Source of the DNA: Botryllus schlosseri
Taxonomy: Eukaryota
DNA length: 64,000 bases
Direction: 5' to 3'
Assembly (NCBI GenBank): GCA_051294905.1
Contig: CM119371.1
Coordinates: 20,462,001 to 20,526,000, forward strand
Made by a program: the position numbers and the translations under genes. Position 1 is the first letter of the stretch, and the number at the start of each line of letters is the position of its first letter. Shown one piece after another: positions 47,852-61,902 of the stretch. A model generated the notes under the pieces. The model made no database searches. It worked only from the letters and a program-made list of their open reading frames with translations, and was not told the origin of the DNA.

Positions 47852-48912
47852 TTACTGTCGGTATTTCCTTTGCGTGTGGACGGAATAGTGACTTATGAGA
47901 TGAGACGTTTTCGTAAACCCCTTTACGCATATCTCGCACTCGTATTCCTTTGTTTTCAGGTGTACCGTCTTCATGTGTAATTTAAGGTACGATCTTAAAC
48001 GAAATGCTTTACCGCAAATGTCACACTCATGTTCCTTCTCTCCGGTGTGAATCGAATAGTGGTCTCTAAATAGGCATTGTTTACCGAAACTCTTTCCGCA
48101 TACATGACACACATAATCTTTCGCGCCCGTGTGGATCGAATGATGTTTTTTCAAATCACCCTTTGCTACGAAATCCTTTCCGCAGACATGATATCCGTAA
48201 TCCTTCGTCCCGGCGTGAATGAAATAATGACGTTTCATGTCAGCATTGTGTCGAAAACGTTTTCGGTATACATGGCATTCGTGATCTTTGGCTAATGTAT
48301 GAATCAACGAGTGTGTTTTCAAATTACTCTTTAAAACGAAACCTCTCCCGCATATCGAACATATGTGATCTTTCACGCCAGCGTGAATCACATAATGGTA
48401 GTTCAATTGCCCTTTTCGTCCGAAACCTTTCCCGCATATATCACTCTCGTAATTCGTTAATCCGGCATGCTTAAAATAATGTGTTTTCAAATAAGCCTTT
48501 GCTATGAAACCTTTACCACATATATCGCACATGAACTCTTTAAATCTGTCGTGACGTTTCATGTGGTTTTCATCTCGTGTTCGGTGATGAATCGTTGGGC
48601 ACATACACCGCACTCAAACTCGTTCGAGCCGAGATGTCTTTTCATGTGTGCTTTCAAATTTGATTTCTTGGTAAATAGTTTTCCACATATATCCCACTTG
48701 TGGTTTTTCATATTCTTATGGCATGAAGTATGAAATAATTGGGTACTCCTTTGCAAAAATCTTTTTCTGCATATGTCGCACTCAAACTCCTTAGCTCCGG
48801 TATGAATATTCATATGGACTTTTATGCAAGACGTGGTCTTGAAGCATTTTCCACAGACCTCGCAGACATTACCATTGCTGCCTTCGATATGTTGAAAATG
48901 GGGCTCCATCAT
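47852..48912 (-). pseudogene. Frameshifted paralog of the 37652-38797 zinc-finger gene (12 finger positions)
   Basis: Two overlapping ORFs (48559-48912, 47852-48613) are separated by a 1-bp deletion (T4 at 48567-48570 vs T5 at 38451-38455 in the paralog). Four fingers have also lost a Cys ligand (C->W, C->S, C->Y, C->Y). Confidence 0.8.
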
Positions 48913-49197
48913 TTAATACTCGCTAGGAATACTTTGTTGCGGCGATGCACATCCCATTTAATGCAGAGGCCTTTCCTTCAATGCGGTCGCAACTAATGCC
49001 GCGAATAATAGGTTTGATGCTGCGTGTTAAAATCTAGAAAATATAACTGCATGTAATGCGGGTTTTCGAATTTCAGAATATCACTATCTTGCACACAGCA
49101 TTGCTAGAACAAGTTACAATAGTCATGACTTCATACACAGTCTAACATCGCATGGTCGCCATGCAAATCTTCTCGTGGCAATCCTGTAGATCTATGT

Positions 49198-50531
49198 CAG
49201 GGGTTCTCAACCCGCGGCCCGCGGGCCGCATGCGGTCCGCAGACGTTTATTTTGCGGCCCGCGACATCTTTCATTATAAACGCAATTGCCACTGGCACGA
49301 TGTTGCTGGTCTCTAGTTCAAGAGAATTCCATTGTATAGTACACTCTTAAAGAGTGTTTAACTCAGATACAAGAACAAGGAACGGGAAATTAAACGGCGG
49401 GAACTGGGTTTGTAACTATGTTTGGATAAATCAATTTGCTTTGTCAGATATAAATGGAAAACCGATGTGACATATTTGTCGAATAACTATTTTCGTAACG
49501 AAGCGTAGAAGCTTAAAATTATACCACGACACTTTCTTCTGAAGTTACAGGTATCGTCCGATGTTAGAAAAGTCATTGATAGCTAGGTGTCAGGCCCACC
49601 AATCTATATTTCGAGGCATTGTTAAAATTGTCGACTATGTTGCAGACGCATGGTTTAAAATTGCTTGGAATATCGCTAAACCCATGAAATTGGCCAGAGA
49701 AGGTGTGATTTCAATAAAACGAATATTCACTGCTTCCGATACTTAACAGCAAGGACAACATCACTTGACAAATTTCGAAGTTACAGTTGTCTGATTTAAC
49801 CGTGACCAGAAGAGTAACAGCAATTTCAGTCGATCTTTCCTCGCATGTTCTGAAATACGTTGACGCGTAGACTGCTTTAGCCTAGCATCGGACGAATCCA
49901 CTGACTTCACAGACATTACAGAGCTAATTAATTATCTGGTCGCTTTTTATCAGAGTGGACATGCTGGCAGGGCAAACGCGGGTAAGGACCAGCGAAAAAC
50001 ATCAACTTAATAAAGCCGAATTCTCTCTGTATTGGTGCAGGGCTACATCCATGGAAGGAAAGGAGTAGGGTTGATTGGTTTGTTCAGAAATACCCGGACG
50101 CCAAACTTCTTCTCATATCACTGAGAGCTCAAAGTGATAATGACCTCTGTAGCGAAAAAGTTAGGCTACCGTAATTTTAGACTTGCTCGCTCACGCATTG
50201 AAACAGAGACTTCGGCTCTCTGGTGGCTGGGTTTGAAGGTGCAGCATATACCGACTTGGCAACTAATGAAATGCCGGCTCAATGACGGGATATGCGTGCG
50301 CCGCTGGAAGATAATATTCTCACAAAAAAAACTGCAATCTTGCGAACTCTGTCCATTAATGCTTCAGAATGCATAAAAATGTATTAAACGCCCGTATACG
50401 ACTGGAAAATAGGCTATAGTAGTCTAAATTGAATAATAGCCCACTAATACATGGGAATAATGTTCTGCGGCCCGCAGTGTCTTTCGCTGTTAAAATGCGG
50501 CCCGTTATACGAGGGAAGTTGAGAACCCCTG
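49198..50531 (+). mobile_element. Deleted Buster-type hAT element (TIR CAGGGGTTCTCAAC)
   Basis: 8-bp TSD ATCTATGT (49190-49197, 50532-50539). Remnants AWFKIAWNIAKP and FSLASDESTDFTDITEL (first catalytic Asp motif). The empty site is seen in the paralogous segment near 39920. Confidence 0.9.
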
Positions 50532-50892
50532 ATCTATGTAAATGCTATTTTGAACTTGCCGGCATCACAAGTAAGTGATTTTACTTCTAAAACCTTCGAA
50601 ATGAAAATCGAAATATTATCTAAACGTGAATAGCAGAGGGCTGCTTACAAGTAGCATTGCTAGCGCTCTGCTAATTGGCTTCATAGCAGGGGCATTGTTC
50701 CGTGTTGTATCAGAGACACTCGCAAGGATTTGATTACCAACGCAAAGCTCTCTAGTAGTCCAACTCAGTGGTTCTCAACCGCCGGTTCAGTTCAAAATGA
50801 AAGAAGATGAAGGCTTCTCCACTTATTAGTGAAATAAAACATCAGCATATAAATAGATACGGACGTATTTTCAACATTATGTCGCAATAGAG

Positions 50893-52676
50893 CAGTGGTT
50901 CTGAAGTCGGCGGCGTGAAAGCATCTTAAGTTGGGCGCTAAGCAGTGTTGGGATGACTCGAGTCACTTTTTTCGTATGACTTGACTTGACTCGAGTCACT
51001 TTGCTAAAATGACTTGACTTGACTTGACTCGGCGTATCAGAAATGTGGATTGACTCGTGACTCGAAGCAAAATTCACGAGTCAATTTCAAGTCATCAAGC
51101 AATCGATGTCGATGAAAATCACTGTATCTTGCTATCGGATTGTTCGCGAAATGCTGGTGTAATCCGTGAGTGCGACCAATAATCCAGTGATCGTGCGTTT
51201 TACTGAGCCTCCATTGTCCCCTCACACATAAATTGACCGCTAACGAAGTGATCGAAGCTTATAGCTTATGCTGTCGTAAACTAGCGTAGTAAAGTAATTT
51301 AAGAGCAAAATGCTATTACTGTTCTCTGTTATTACCTGAACAAAACTTCTTATTTTATTGAAATTGAATTCGAAGATAGTTTATACAGTCCTAAACCATT
51401 GGGGCATGCTCGAAATATATCATATCAATTTGTAAATGAGTGATTTATTGCATCCTACCAACTCGTTTCTCTATCCTCTACTTTGGCTGGTAACTATAAG
51501 CTGACGCTACACTATTACTTGCGTAGTTTAACATTTCTACGTATATGTGAGCGACGAAGCGCCTTCTTGCGTGTATATTTAACTTCATATTCTTTTATCG
51601 GTTCAAAATCAATGACCACTCAATCTATATTTCAGACAGCTAGTAAAATGCAATGACGTAAGCATGCCTCATAGTTCGAAAAGGCAACTTGACTTGAAAT
51701 GTGACTCGACTAGTGACTTGCCTTGACTTCACTTGACTTGACTCGAGTCACCTCCAAAAATCTACTGACTTCACTTGACTCGAGTCACCGTCGAAAATCG
51801 ATTGACTTGACTTGACTCGAGTCAAAATGTGCAATGACTCGAAATGACTCGTGACTCGAAGGTAGTGACTTGATCCCAACACTGGCGCTAAGTCGCCAGA
51901 GAGAAATGATGTTTCTTGAATTCGGAATGATTAAATTTTACGCTGAAACTTACAACTTCCAACAACGACAATAATCGTAATTATATCCTAACTTTAAATG
52001 TAATAGTTACGTTGTACCATCCATACAACTAGGGTAGGATTTAAAACAAAATTTAATTTAAAACAAACATGTTAAAACATGTCTTTTTTAAAACAGGTAT
52101 CTCATTTATTCAAATCGAAGTAGCTTTCATGGTCTAACTCCTGGTATACTAAACTAGGACACATTTTGCAGAATGCCACTTCAAATATGCGCATTTTATG
52201 CAGCCCGAAAGTACTCAATTAAATTATTCTCTTGCCGAACACCTGCGATCCGTTGAGAAAAATGGTTTGTAAGATAAAGAAGTGACATGTTTGAATGGTG
52301 TGCGGCCCGCGCTATTGGTTTTCTACTTGGCTTATGATCATGTACCTTGGTGCCAAGCTCAAGTCGGATTAAAGATGGTATCAGATAGGATCGATAAAAT
52401 ATGTATATGCTACTTGCTACCATCGCACACGATTACATTTGTCAACTCATAAAACTGAATATTTTTCATTCAGCTAATAATTATTGCCCTGTGCACAGTC
52501 CGAATATCATATTTGAGAAGTTTTTTAACAGTCATAACCGTCCACGACATCAAACTATGTGTTGGGATTGCCATCATCGTGGTTGCTCTTTTCTATATAA
52601 TTTTCATATCACAAGGGGCCTGCGAAATCTTTTAGTATCGTTACGGGTGCGTGTCTAAAAGGTTTCAGAACCACTG
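50893..52676. mobile_element. hAT non-autonomous element (TIR CAGTGGTTCTGAA) hosting 50943-51884
   Basis: TSD CAATAGAG/CAAGAGAG. Confidence 0.78.
50943..51884. mobile_element. hAT MITE (TIR CAGTGTTGGGAT) with (GACTT)n/GACTCGAGTC subterminal arrays
   Basis: 8-bp TSD GCGCTAAG (50935-50942, 51885-51892). Confidence 0.92.
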
Positions 52677-54919
52677 CAAGAGAGAGCTCATAGTCTACTT
52701 TGGTCGTAACCTACAATGATGCAACAGCTTTATGAAACTGTGTAAATATAGGAGAAGTTATTTGTGAAAGCCGCTGATTTTCAAAACGCGTCACTAAATT
52801 TTGACAGTACGATTAAGCGACACTATAATAGAGTTCTATAATAAACAGAATCGAGTTTACTTTCAGGGGATCGAGACATCATGATCAAGTTAGTGTACTT
52901 GATGGTCTCTGACATGACTTCGCAAGCTTCGCCTTCCGTAAACTTGAATGGAATCACTCATTTATAGCTACTAATAGGCAGGTCCGTAACAGCACTTCGT
53001 CATCCCCCAAACCGTTGGTATTGGGCCTCCCACAGGGTGATAAACCGGACTTCTGAGGGCTTCACATTTACCGGGAGAGCTGAGTGAGATGTATTTAAGA
53101 AGGTAAAACCCCTCAATAATATTCAACATCTTCGGGTGTATACCCGTTTGCAGGAACGAAACAGCACTTCGTAAGGCCCCAAAAAAACTTGGGTCGCGAC
53201 CCCACCTCCCAGCATGTTGTTCACTTTTGCCACAAAATTAGCTGTACCGCTTAGTGGGCCAGCGCCAGGCGCGAAAATCTTCGGTATTTCATGATAAAAT
53301 CAGTCAATGAGATTGGGAATTGCATAAATATTGCTATCAATTGCGTGTCCTCTCTGCTCACGTTATCATATTTACCGGTAGAGCTGGGTGAGGTGTCTTG
53401 AAAACTTTAGGTCCCGTAAATAATATTTGAACATCTTCGGGCGGACGGAGCCATTGGTATGACTTCGTTACATGATGTTATTTCGTGACCTCATGTATGC
53501 TGTATCAAAAATATAGAATCGGCCAAACGTACTAAACTCAAAGACGCACGCGATTTCAAATTGGTATTTCTTCACTGGCATATAATTTTTCCCTGCAGCA
53601 TGGAATTCGTCTTCTAAGGTTCAGATTGCTAAGACAGGAATATTCGGCGCCAGTCATTTTCGGTCAGTGTAAGGGCAGTGCTTTTTGGTCAAGGTTTTTG
53701 CCCACGGGTCCGACCGTCCGCATATGTTTAATTATTATTTACGGGCCCTACAGTTTCCACCACACCTCACTTAGCTCCACCGGTAAATCTAATTACGTGA
53801 GCAGAGAGGACAAGTAATTAATAGGAATATATAGGCCTATTCAATTCCCGATCTTATTGATCTATTTTATTTTGAAATATCGAATATTTTCGCACTCCAT
53901 GCTGGCTCACTAAACCGTGATGCTGATTTCGTGGCAGAAGCGAACAACGGGGCAGGGGATCGGTTTATCACCCAATGGGAGCTCAAGATCTTAGTGTTTT
54001 GAGGTGCTTGACGAAGTGCTGTTTCGTTCCTGCCAACGGGTATACGCCCGAAGATGTTTAATTATTATTGAGTGTTCCTACCTTTTCAAACACAACTCAC
54101 TCGGCTCAACCGGTCAATCTGATTACGTGAGGTGAGAGAGGATAGAAGTTGATACCAATATATTTTCATTTCCCGATAATATTGAACGATTCAATCATGA
54201 ATCATAGATTTCCGATTTCCCGATTTCGATGATAAATAGCGGTAAACAGCCATCTAGCGTGAGGGGTCAAGAGCAACGTTTTTTTTGGGGGGGGGAGGGG
54301 GGCTGACGCAGTGCTTTTAAGGCCCTGGGTACTGATAACTAATTTACGGATAGATGTGCAACAAGTGACTCACGATTGAATATGCCGAGATGCGTACTGA
54401 TTAGCGGGCAAAAAACAACATAATTGGCAGTCCTATAGCTCGCGACCCAATCGTTCGAATAATTTGATATGACGGTGTTTATCGAAAGGAGGTGTCGCAC
54501 TGATTCCAAAAACACGAATTGAAATCTCGCCAGGGCAATAAACCTACTCCGAAATAGCCAGCAAAGGTTGATTGTTCTGAACAACGGTAGCGCGGCAACA
54601 TAATCGCTGCCAATCTTTATGGCACTTTTCTTGAAGTCGCATGTAATATGTCCTAAATCGTTATAAGTCTTGGTGCGTCGTGTCGCTAGTGACCAACGCC
54701 GATATTTCCATTTCTATAAATTTCGCGTGTTTTTTTTTCTTGGGGGAAGAGTACCAAATAATTCAAATATTTGACACCTAGAAATTACGCCAAGCGCGAA
54801 AATTTTTTGAAAAATTCCATAAATTTACGAAAAAGACTCCATAATTTATGCTAATACACAAAAATCACTTTAGGCCCACTTCGAGCGGGGTTGGGGTGCG
54901 GAAGTTACGGTCCGGCTAC

Positions 54920-55764
54920 TAGGGATGGTGTGAACGTGAGGTTCATTGCGGACCACGCTATTAGGCATGACGTTAACTGCATAAAAATCAACACTAAACG
55001 AGCATGCACCTTGACAATCTAAAATAGTTTTCTCGCTTTGTTACAAAAGTTCGCTCGAAATACCGTGCTTTCAGTTTGTCCATATTTAGTGATCTTGATC
55101 GACGATCACATAATATCAAGAGCGATTTACACTACACAGGCTATAGGTAGTCAGCAAATGATGCTTATCCAATCAATCAATGAAATTGATATCGTTGTCT
55201 GACGTTACAGATTTACCTAGCGTACGGGGTCATTCTTGATTTCACATGTATATTGTATCATAAAAACCAAATCCTTGCGATTGGGCGGTTTATCACTGGT
55301 GTATAACTTGTTAATGGGAAATTTTTGGCAGCAAGTATTGAAACCCGTTTTACACTCTGCTCAATATCAACGTATAGCCATGCTCAGACTACGAATATAT
55401 TGTCGGGTCTGGCATACACCGTGCGTAGCCTATTTTCCCTTGCAAGTCCTCGTCGAAATTATTGGCAAAGCGACGGAAGATATTGATTTATGGGATTATT
55501 ATATCATTTGATTACCCAAGTTCATACATTTGCCGACGATTAAACGCCATTATGTACTGTAGGGTTGTGGCACTATCTGGCCTTAGTCGTCGCTAGGTAT
55601 CGTCAACATTAATATAGGGTATAAGTTCACTTAAATGTTGGGTTGGAACTAGCAATATCACGTCATGTGACATCATATGGTTCACGATCACGTTCACACA
55701 GAACCTTTCAAAAAGGTTCGCGTTCACACGAACCTGAATTTTCAAGAGGTTCAGACCATCTCTA
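54920..55764. mobile_element. MITE (TIR TAGGGATGGT) with GTGAAC/GTTCAC motifs; inverted partial copy at about 34200-34670
   Basis: Termini TAGGGATGGTGTGAAC / GTTCAGACCATCTCTA; shared internal sequence with 34200-34670. Confidence 0.75.
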
Positions 55765-58700
55765 GCTACTACCAATAATGACGCATAAATAAAGTTAGGA
55801 ATAAATATTTGAGTTAGAAACATTTGTCGTAATTACACTTTAAGTTAATTTAACATTTTCAAGGTTCACCAGTCCGAGATATTTGTTTCGAAGTTTTACC
55901 CATCGGCGAGGTCTAAATGGTCGGAAAACACTGGTCTGGCTAGTACACAAGCTTAAATACTTGGATAGCATTCATATCAGTATATATTGAATGATATCAC
56001 ATAACACTGTACGATGCAATACACGCAATATCCAGTGTCGTGGTGTTCTGAAATGATTAAAATAATAACAAACTGATACTGATACTGACACTAACGTAAT
56101 AACCACTAAGTTATTGAATATTTACGAATTCGTCTTGTGTATATTTGCCACCCAATCTTTCTTTTAGAAGCCTTTTGGCGTTCTGCTAGACCTCTACCTG
56201 CCATGACAAAACCGTACCATTTCAAGAATTTCAACGATGTTCTATCATGCTAGCTAGGCTCTTAGCTGCGATCAGCATTGCTTTAAAACCTGATTTTTCA
56301 GCATCTTCTGATTCAATATTCTGTGAATAAGGGATGTTAAATCTAATTTATGTCGCGGGATGGAAAAGCGATAATGAGTGTTAAACTCATTTGGGTCTTG
56401 GAGTGTGAAGGCGATTATGTTTTTCGGATTAGCGGGAATTGCACTTACGCTTCAGTCGTCTTAACATTTAGCTGTGTTCATGTTTATCCATCCCATACGG
56501 CAAACGACATTAATGCTGTGACCGAAAGATCTGCAGCAAATCAAAATCGATTGTTACCACGGTCATATATGGCAAGGATGAGCAGACCTTCTTCATGCGC
56601 GAGCCGCGTATCTAAAATCTTAGTTTAATAAGAGCGACAACACAAAAATTTAAATAGGCGAATTCATTTCGTCGCAACGGAATGTAGGCTATCGAATAAA
56701 GTTGACTACTGTGTTGTGATACTGTGCGGATCCACTTGGGTTGCAAGGTATTTGAACTCAGGCTGGCATGACCTCAAAGCAGTTCGGAGCAGTTCCTTCA
56801 AGTACTGATGTGCAATTAAGGAAAGAATCGAGCTACGCAATATTATTAGTTTCTAAATCTGTCTTGGGTGCGTAACTCGTGGCAATGTTTTAGTGTTTGC
56901 TTTCGTAATGACGTTTCAGGTTAGTAGCTTTGGAATTATTGTACTGACCTTGAGAGATAGGGACAGTGGCTTACCTCCATTATCACTGAATGCAAACTCG
57001 TCACCCATTCTGCTTTAAAAGTTTTATTTCCTGTTCATACTTTCCTTTCTTGCAATTATAACTCAACGACATTTTCTTGGCCAAACTCCACAGTTATTGC
57101 TAGCCTTTACAATACAAATGGGAGAGCCGTACTAGACATTGTCAGCCACAAAATTATCGTAGCCTGTACTGCCGTGATTAATTATCAGGTTCATTGATAA
57201 ATTTTGTGATGTATGATTGATTGATGGCCAATGAACATTTACCCTTTTTGCGAGTGAAACGTTTATGTGCACTCGATTCAAGAATTATATTGCAAAGCTC
57301 TAACCCTGTAGTGTAGCGCCACCATCCACTAACTTTACAAGTGTTACGTAAACCACAAGGAAAGAAACAGCACAAAAACAATACACATGCTGATAATACC
57401 AGATAAAACCCATCCATTTATAATCAGGTTGCGCCTCTCCAGCAAAATTGTGAAACGCATGTGCATTGTGCATTGCAATCAGTAAAGAGCCGCATTATCG
57501 CTATATGTCTGAACGTGGAAACGATAGCTGGTTACTAATCCTCCCTGACACAGTCCACATTACGTGATATTCGAATTTTGATGGAATGGCAAGACTAGTA
57601 TAGTGTTCTCATTCATAATGAACTGAGCGCGAGTTTCGTGGATCCGCGCGAGCTCGCGAGAACATGAATTTACAGCGCATATCAACTGACTAACAACTGA
57701 AAAGTTTTTATACTGCAACTGTTAAATCCTCTGCAATACCGCACAGAAACTTTATACGCTTGAGCAGTAATAAATGATATCAAAATATGAACAAATAAAT
57801 CCGTTCGTGCCTCAATAATAATCATAGTAGTTTAGTAATATAGTATATACTACTAGGTCAACGTCATGATTGCTTGTTGCGATGTTATCTAACAAAGTGA
57901 TATATTGAATATGATACAAAATATATCTTTAGGAATATCATAAATATGACCCGATGTAATGTTAACAGTAAATCTTGGCTTTGTTATACTACATGAAGCC
58001 TCATTCATAATGTGGTGGTCTAATACGTTCTAAGCGTCATCGTGACGTGCTGCGTCTACGTCAAAATGCAACTATATGGCGACTTGCAAATATCAACTTA
58101 TGCATGGCAGAAAGAGCAGTGAAGCATCGAACGAAGACGCTAATTTTCCTCACATACAGCGAGAACGGCACGCATCTCTGATCATCCTCTCAACTAAGTT
58201 TGAATGAACTAGATTCGTCCTAGCAAGGATGAACATTGACAACCTGCGCTTTCAGAGAAAAGCCGCTACCGCGAAGAGAATGCACCGGTGTGGTTTTAAC
58301 CATGAAGTGTCAACTGATTGGACACCCGTCGTGATTATACCTCAACCAACATCGAAATTTGAGTCATGTAGAAATATCACCGACATCACTCATTATGTCT
58401 ATGAACCGATTTGTTTTGGCGATATCGAAAATTGCATAGTTCATGTGGAAATTGTAAATTAGTTGCTGTCAAATCTTTTTGGACCGCGACCTGAATGTTG
58501 AGTTTTATTACAATCTCGTGACCAGGGCCTCGCAAATAGAAATGAATGCATTTGTAACAGAGGTAGACCGATATTGATTTTACAGGCCGATACCAATACC
58601 GATATATCGGCACACTCACAAGGCTGATACCGATATCATAGGCCTATATTAATATGGAAGGAGCAGAGAACAATTTCACCAAAAATATTATATATTAGGC

Positions 58701-58914
58701 AAGATGGCACTTGTTCATGCCACAGAAAGCTGAACAACAAACGAGAAAACTGAAATTGAAAATAATTATTGCTGAATTATAGACATTCGATGAAATTTGG
58801 GATAATCCAAAAAGCAAAATATAATACAGAATTGCAGATCAGTCCAGAAAAGGTAGATTGTAATGCAGGAAGCATAGTTTATCTGCATAATCACCCAGTT
58901 AAACTCGTCCTGCA

Positions 58915-60090
58915 ATGGTAAATCTGTACACTCGAACATTGGGGCTAATTTGGGATGTTAAGAATGATTGTTTCAGATTCAACATCAAATTGTCCGATCG
59001 TGCGGTGAGCAGGCGTTCAATCTTATCCTTCGTCAACTCCGTATATGATCCGTTGGGTTTCATATCGCCAGCGGTGCTGGAAGGGAAACTCATTCTGCAA
59101 TTTCTTTGCAAAGCTGGGACGGACTGGGATGATGAAGTACCAGACGAGCTGAAGCACCGATGGGTTGCGTGGTGTTCAACGTTATCATCGATCGAGTCTT
59201 TGCGCATTGACCGCTATTTCAAGCCGCCGAGTTTTGGTAAGATCGTGCTTGTTGAATATCATCATTTTTCGGACAGCAGCTCGTATGCTTATGGTAAATG
59301 CTCTTACGTACGCTTGATTAACGAAAGACGAAATGCCCATGTTTCGTTGGTAATCGGCAAGGCCAGAGTTGCCCCTCTGAAGCGACAGGTATCTATTCCG
59401 CGTTTGGAGTTGAATGCTGCTGTTGTTTCTGCTCGGATGAGTAAGTTCCTGAGAAATGAATTGAAGTTCGAAACGGTGAACAAGTATTTCTGGGTTGATA
59501 GCATGGTTGTCTTGTGCTATATCATGACCTCACCGAACCTAGCTCGTGGCATCATATCAGCTCGGCGATGAACCCCAGCGACGATGCGAGTCGTTTCATC
59601 GATGGAAAGACCTCACAGATGATTGTCGTTGGCTGAAAGGTCCCGAATTTTTGTGGAAATCAGGACCATTTGTTGTTGCTAGTGATCACGACTATACGAC
59701 AACCGAACGAGATGCATTGGAAGTTGATGCTGAACTGCGAAAAGCGACTGCGTTTCAGGTCAAAACGGACGTGGAAGTTAGTGGTCTCCAATTCATCGAC
59801 ATTAAACTGTTGGAGTCCATTCCGAAATGGAAAAGAACGGTGAAAGCGGTAGCGAACTGCCTCAGGTACATGAACATATTGAGAAACAACCCTACACTTT
59901 GTCCAGCGAGTTAATGATGATTTCTGAAAAAAATAATTATCCGTTCTCTCCAGAGAGAAGTGTTTTCACAGGAGATCAATGCCCTAAAAGAACATGGCGC
60001 TGAAAGTCGTTCGGCTGGAAAGAAACCAACAGGTGGAAGTTTGGCAAGCTTGAATCCGTTCTTCGACGCTGACGGGATACTACGTCGGTA
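58915..60090 (+). mobile_element. BEL/Pao LTR-retrotransposon pol fragment (RT end / RNase H, Peptidase_A17 region), degraded
   Basis: RTLGLIWD...SVYDPLGFISP...WDD...HHFSDSSSYAYG...GKARVAPLK..SIPRLEL.AA...FWVDSMVVL, then RWLKGPEFLW and LNPFFDADGILR across deletions and frameshifts. No LTRs seen. Confidence 0.92.
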
Positions 60091-60524
60091 TCGACACACC
60101 AAGACATATGAAGTTTCGGCCAACATGCGACTCCGCGAATAGTGCAGCCAAAAAGGTCGACAGTGAGAAAACCTCAGCCGCAAAGGATCGAAACCTTCGG
60201 TATATGTATGCCGAATCGTCCATGGACTATATATACGGTAGGCGCCTAAATGGCTGTCTCCAAATATCACTGTCGCCAAAAATTCATGGTAGTATATGTA
60301 ATTTGCAATATCATTGACCGAATGCCATCATGAATTACAGAAAATATCCACGCTAGGCGCGACCATATAACTGTAACACACTGACAACATAAAAACTGGC
60401 ACCCACGAGCAGTGGTTTGAACGTTAATCGCGTAAGGGCGTCTAGTAGGTCGCGCAATGAAATTTGAATGAAAAGTGGGCCGCGAGCTGAAAAAGGTTGA
60501 GAAGCACTGGTAGAGAGTATAGAA

Positions 60525-61773
60525 CAGTGATCTTCAACCTTTTTCGACGTGGTACACCCTTTTAACGTCTGCTCAAAACTCGTACACCCCTGTTCATTAG
60601 GGGTCTTCAAAAATGACTTTTTTTCTCAAATCGTACTGGCTACTTGATAAAATTGTTAGGTTACCTAACTGAAGCCTACACACAAAATTTGGTTCAATTC
60701 CAACCAGTAGCCACCTTGCTACGGGAGAAGGAAGTTTCTATTTATTATATAAAAATAAATAACGAAAAATTTTAAATTTTTCTGTTCACCCCATGAAAGT
60801 ATTAGGTTGTCTATAAAAATGATGTTCTTCAAATTTGGTTTGATTCCGACCAGTAGAAGCGGAGTTATTGCCGTCCAAAAATTAGATTTGAATAAAATAC
60901 TATTTGGTCACACAGTCTATTCGCAGCCCCCACCACGCAAAATATAATTAATTTTGTGTCAGAGCAAAAACAGCATGATATTACGAACGATAATCAACCT
61001 AAATGTAACAGTATTGGGGAGAGAGTAGGTAAAGCTACTGCTGCAGAAGTGGTAATTCAGATCAGCGATGATAGCAGGCACACCAGCCTACTGCGTATCA
61101 GGCCTGCCCCACACACATTCGATAGTAGCACATGGGCTGTAAGAGATGTCAGTAACCTCACATCGTATGCTGCTATACACAGTCTATTGTCGCTAATTTA
61201 CATCACTAATAACAAAATACTAAATTGCAAATGTATGGCGAAATATTGGACATACAATCGGCATTTTAAAACAAAAGGGTTTCGATTTCAACATAGAAGC
61301 TGTTTCGACCCTGGCTGGCTACGTCACTTCATTTATGTGCATTGTGGTATTTATTAACGTCGGGTAGGAAGTACAGATTCAAAAGTCTGAGCTATCGCGG
61401 CGATTTCCACAAAAATCACTAAAAGACAAATGACTGTAGCTGAACACATGTTTTGTTTGTTAACTGCATACTATCCAACACCAAACGGAACCATTGGTCT
61501 ATTGCCGACGGCTAAATGAATAGGCGAAATATTTGCTTATGACATCACAATCAAGCGGTGTACAGTATTACACTTGAGATAACATCGTACCATATTGCTC
61601 ATTAACCTGTGCGTCAACCTGCGTTGACCCATAACCCTGCCTTTGTGATAGCTAGCCATCGTCTCATTGTAATTCGGATCTGGTACACCCCTGTACACCC
61701 CGTCCGAGGGGTACACCCTTTGCAAATTCTGGTACACCTTAGGGTGTACGACAACCCCGGTTGAAGAGCACTG
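60525..61773. mobile_element. hAT non-autonomous element (TIR CAGTG.TCTTCAACC) with GTACACCC motifs
   Basis: 8-bp TSD GTATAGAA (60517-60524, 61774-61781). Confidence 0.88.
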
Positions 61774-61902
61774 GTATAGAACACCGTTGTGTGCTGTAAG
61801 CTTCCAGATTTCGATTCGCAGTGTGCTGCAAGATACAATATCTAGGGCGAAACATTTTGTCGGGAAAATCCTTTTCTATATTGTGATGGTATACTGTTAA
61901 AT

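Larger units (their letters stand above)
43360..58200 (+). repeat. Segmental duplication copy 2, expanded by about 10 kb of TE insertions
   Basis: Homologous blocks 46770-49197, 50532-50750 and 55935-58200 match 36403-42375. Confidence 0.85.
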
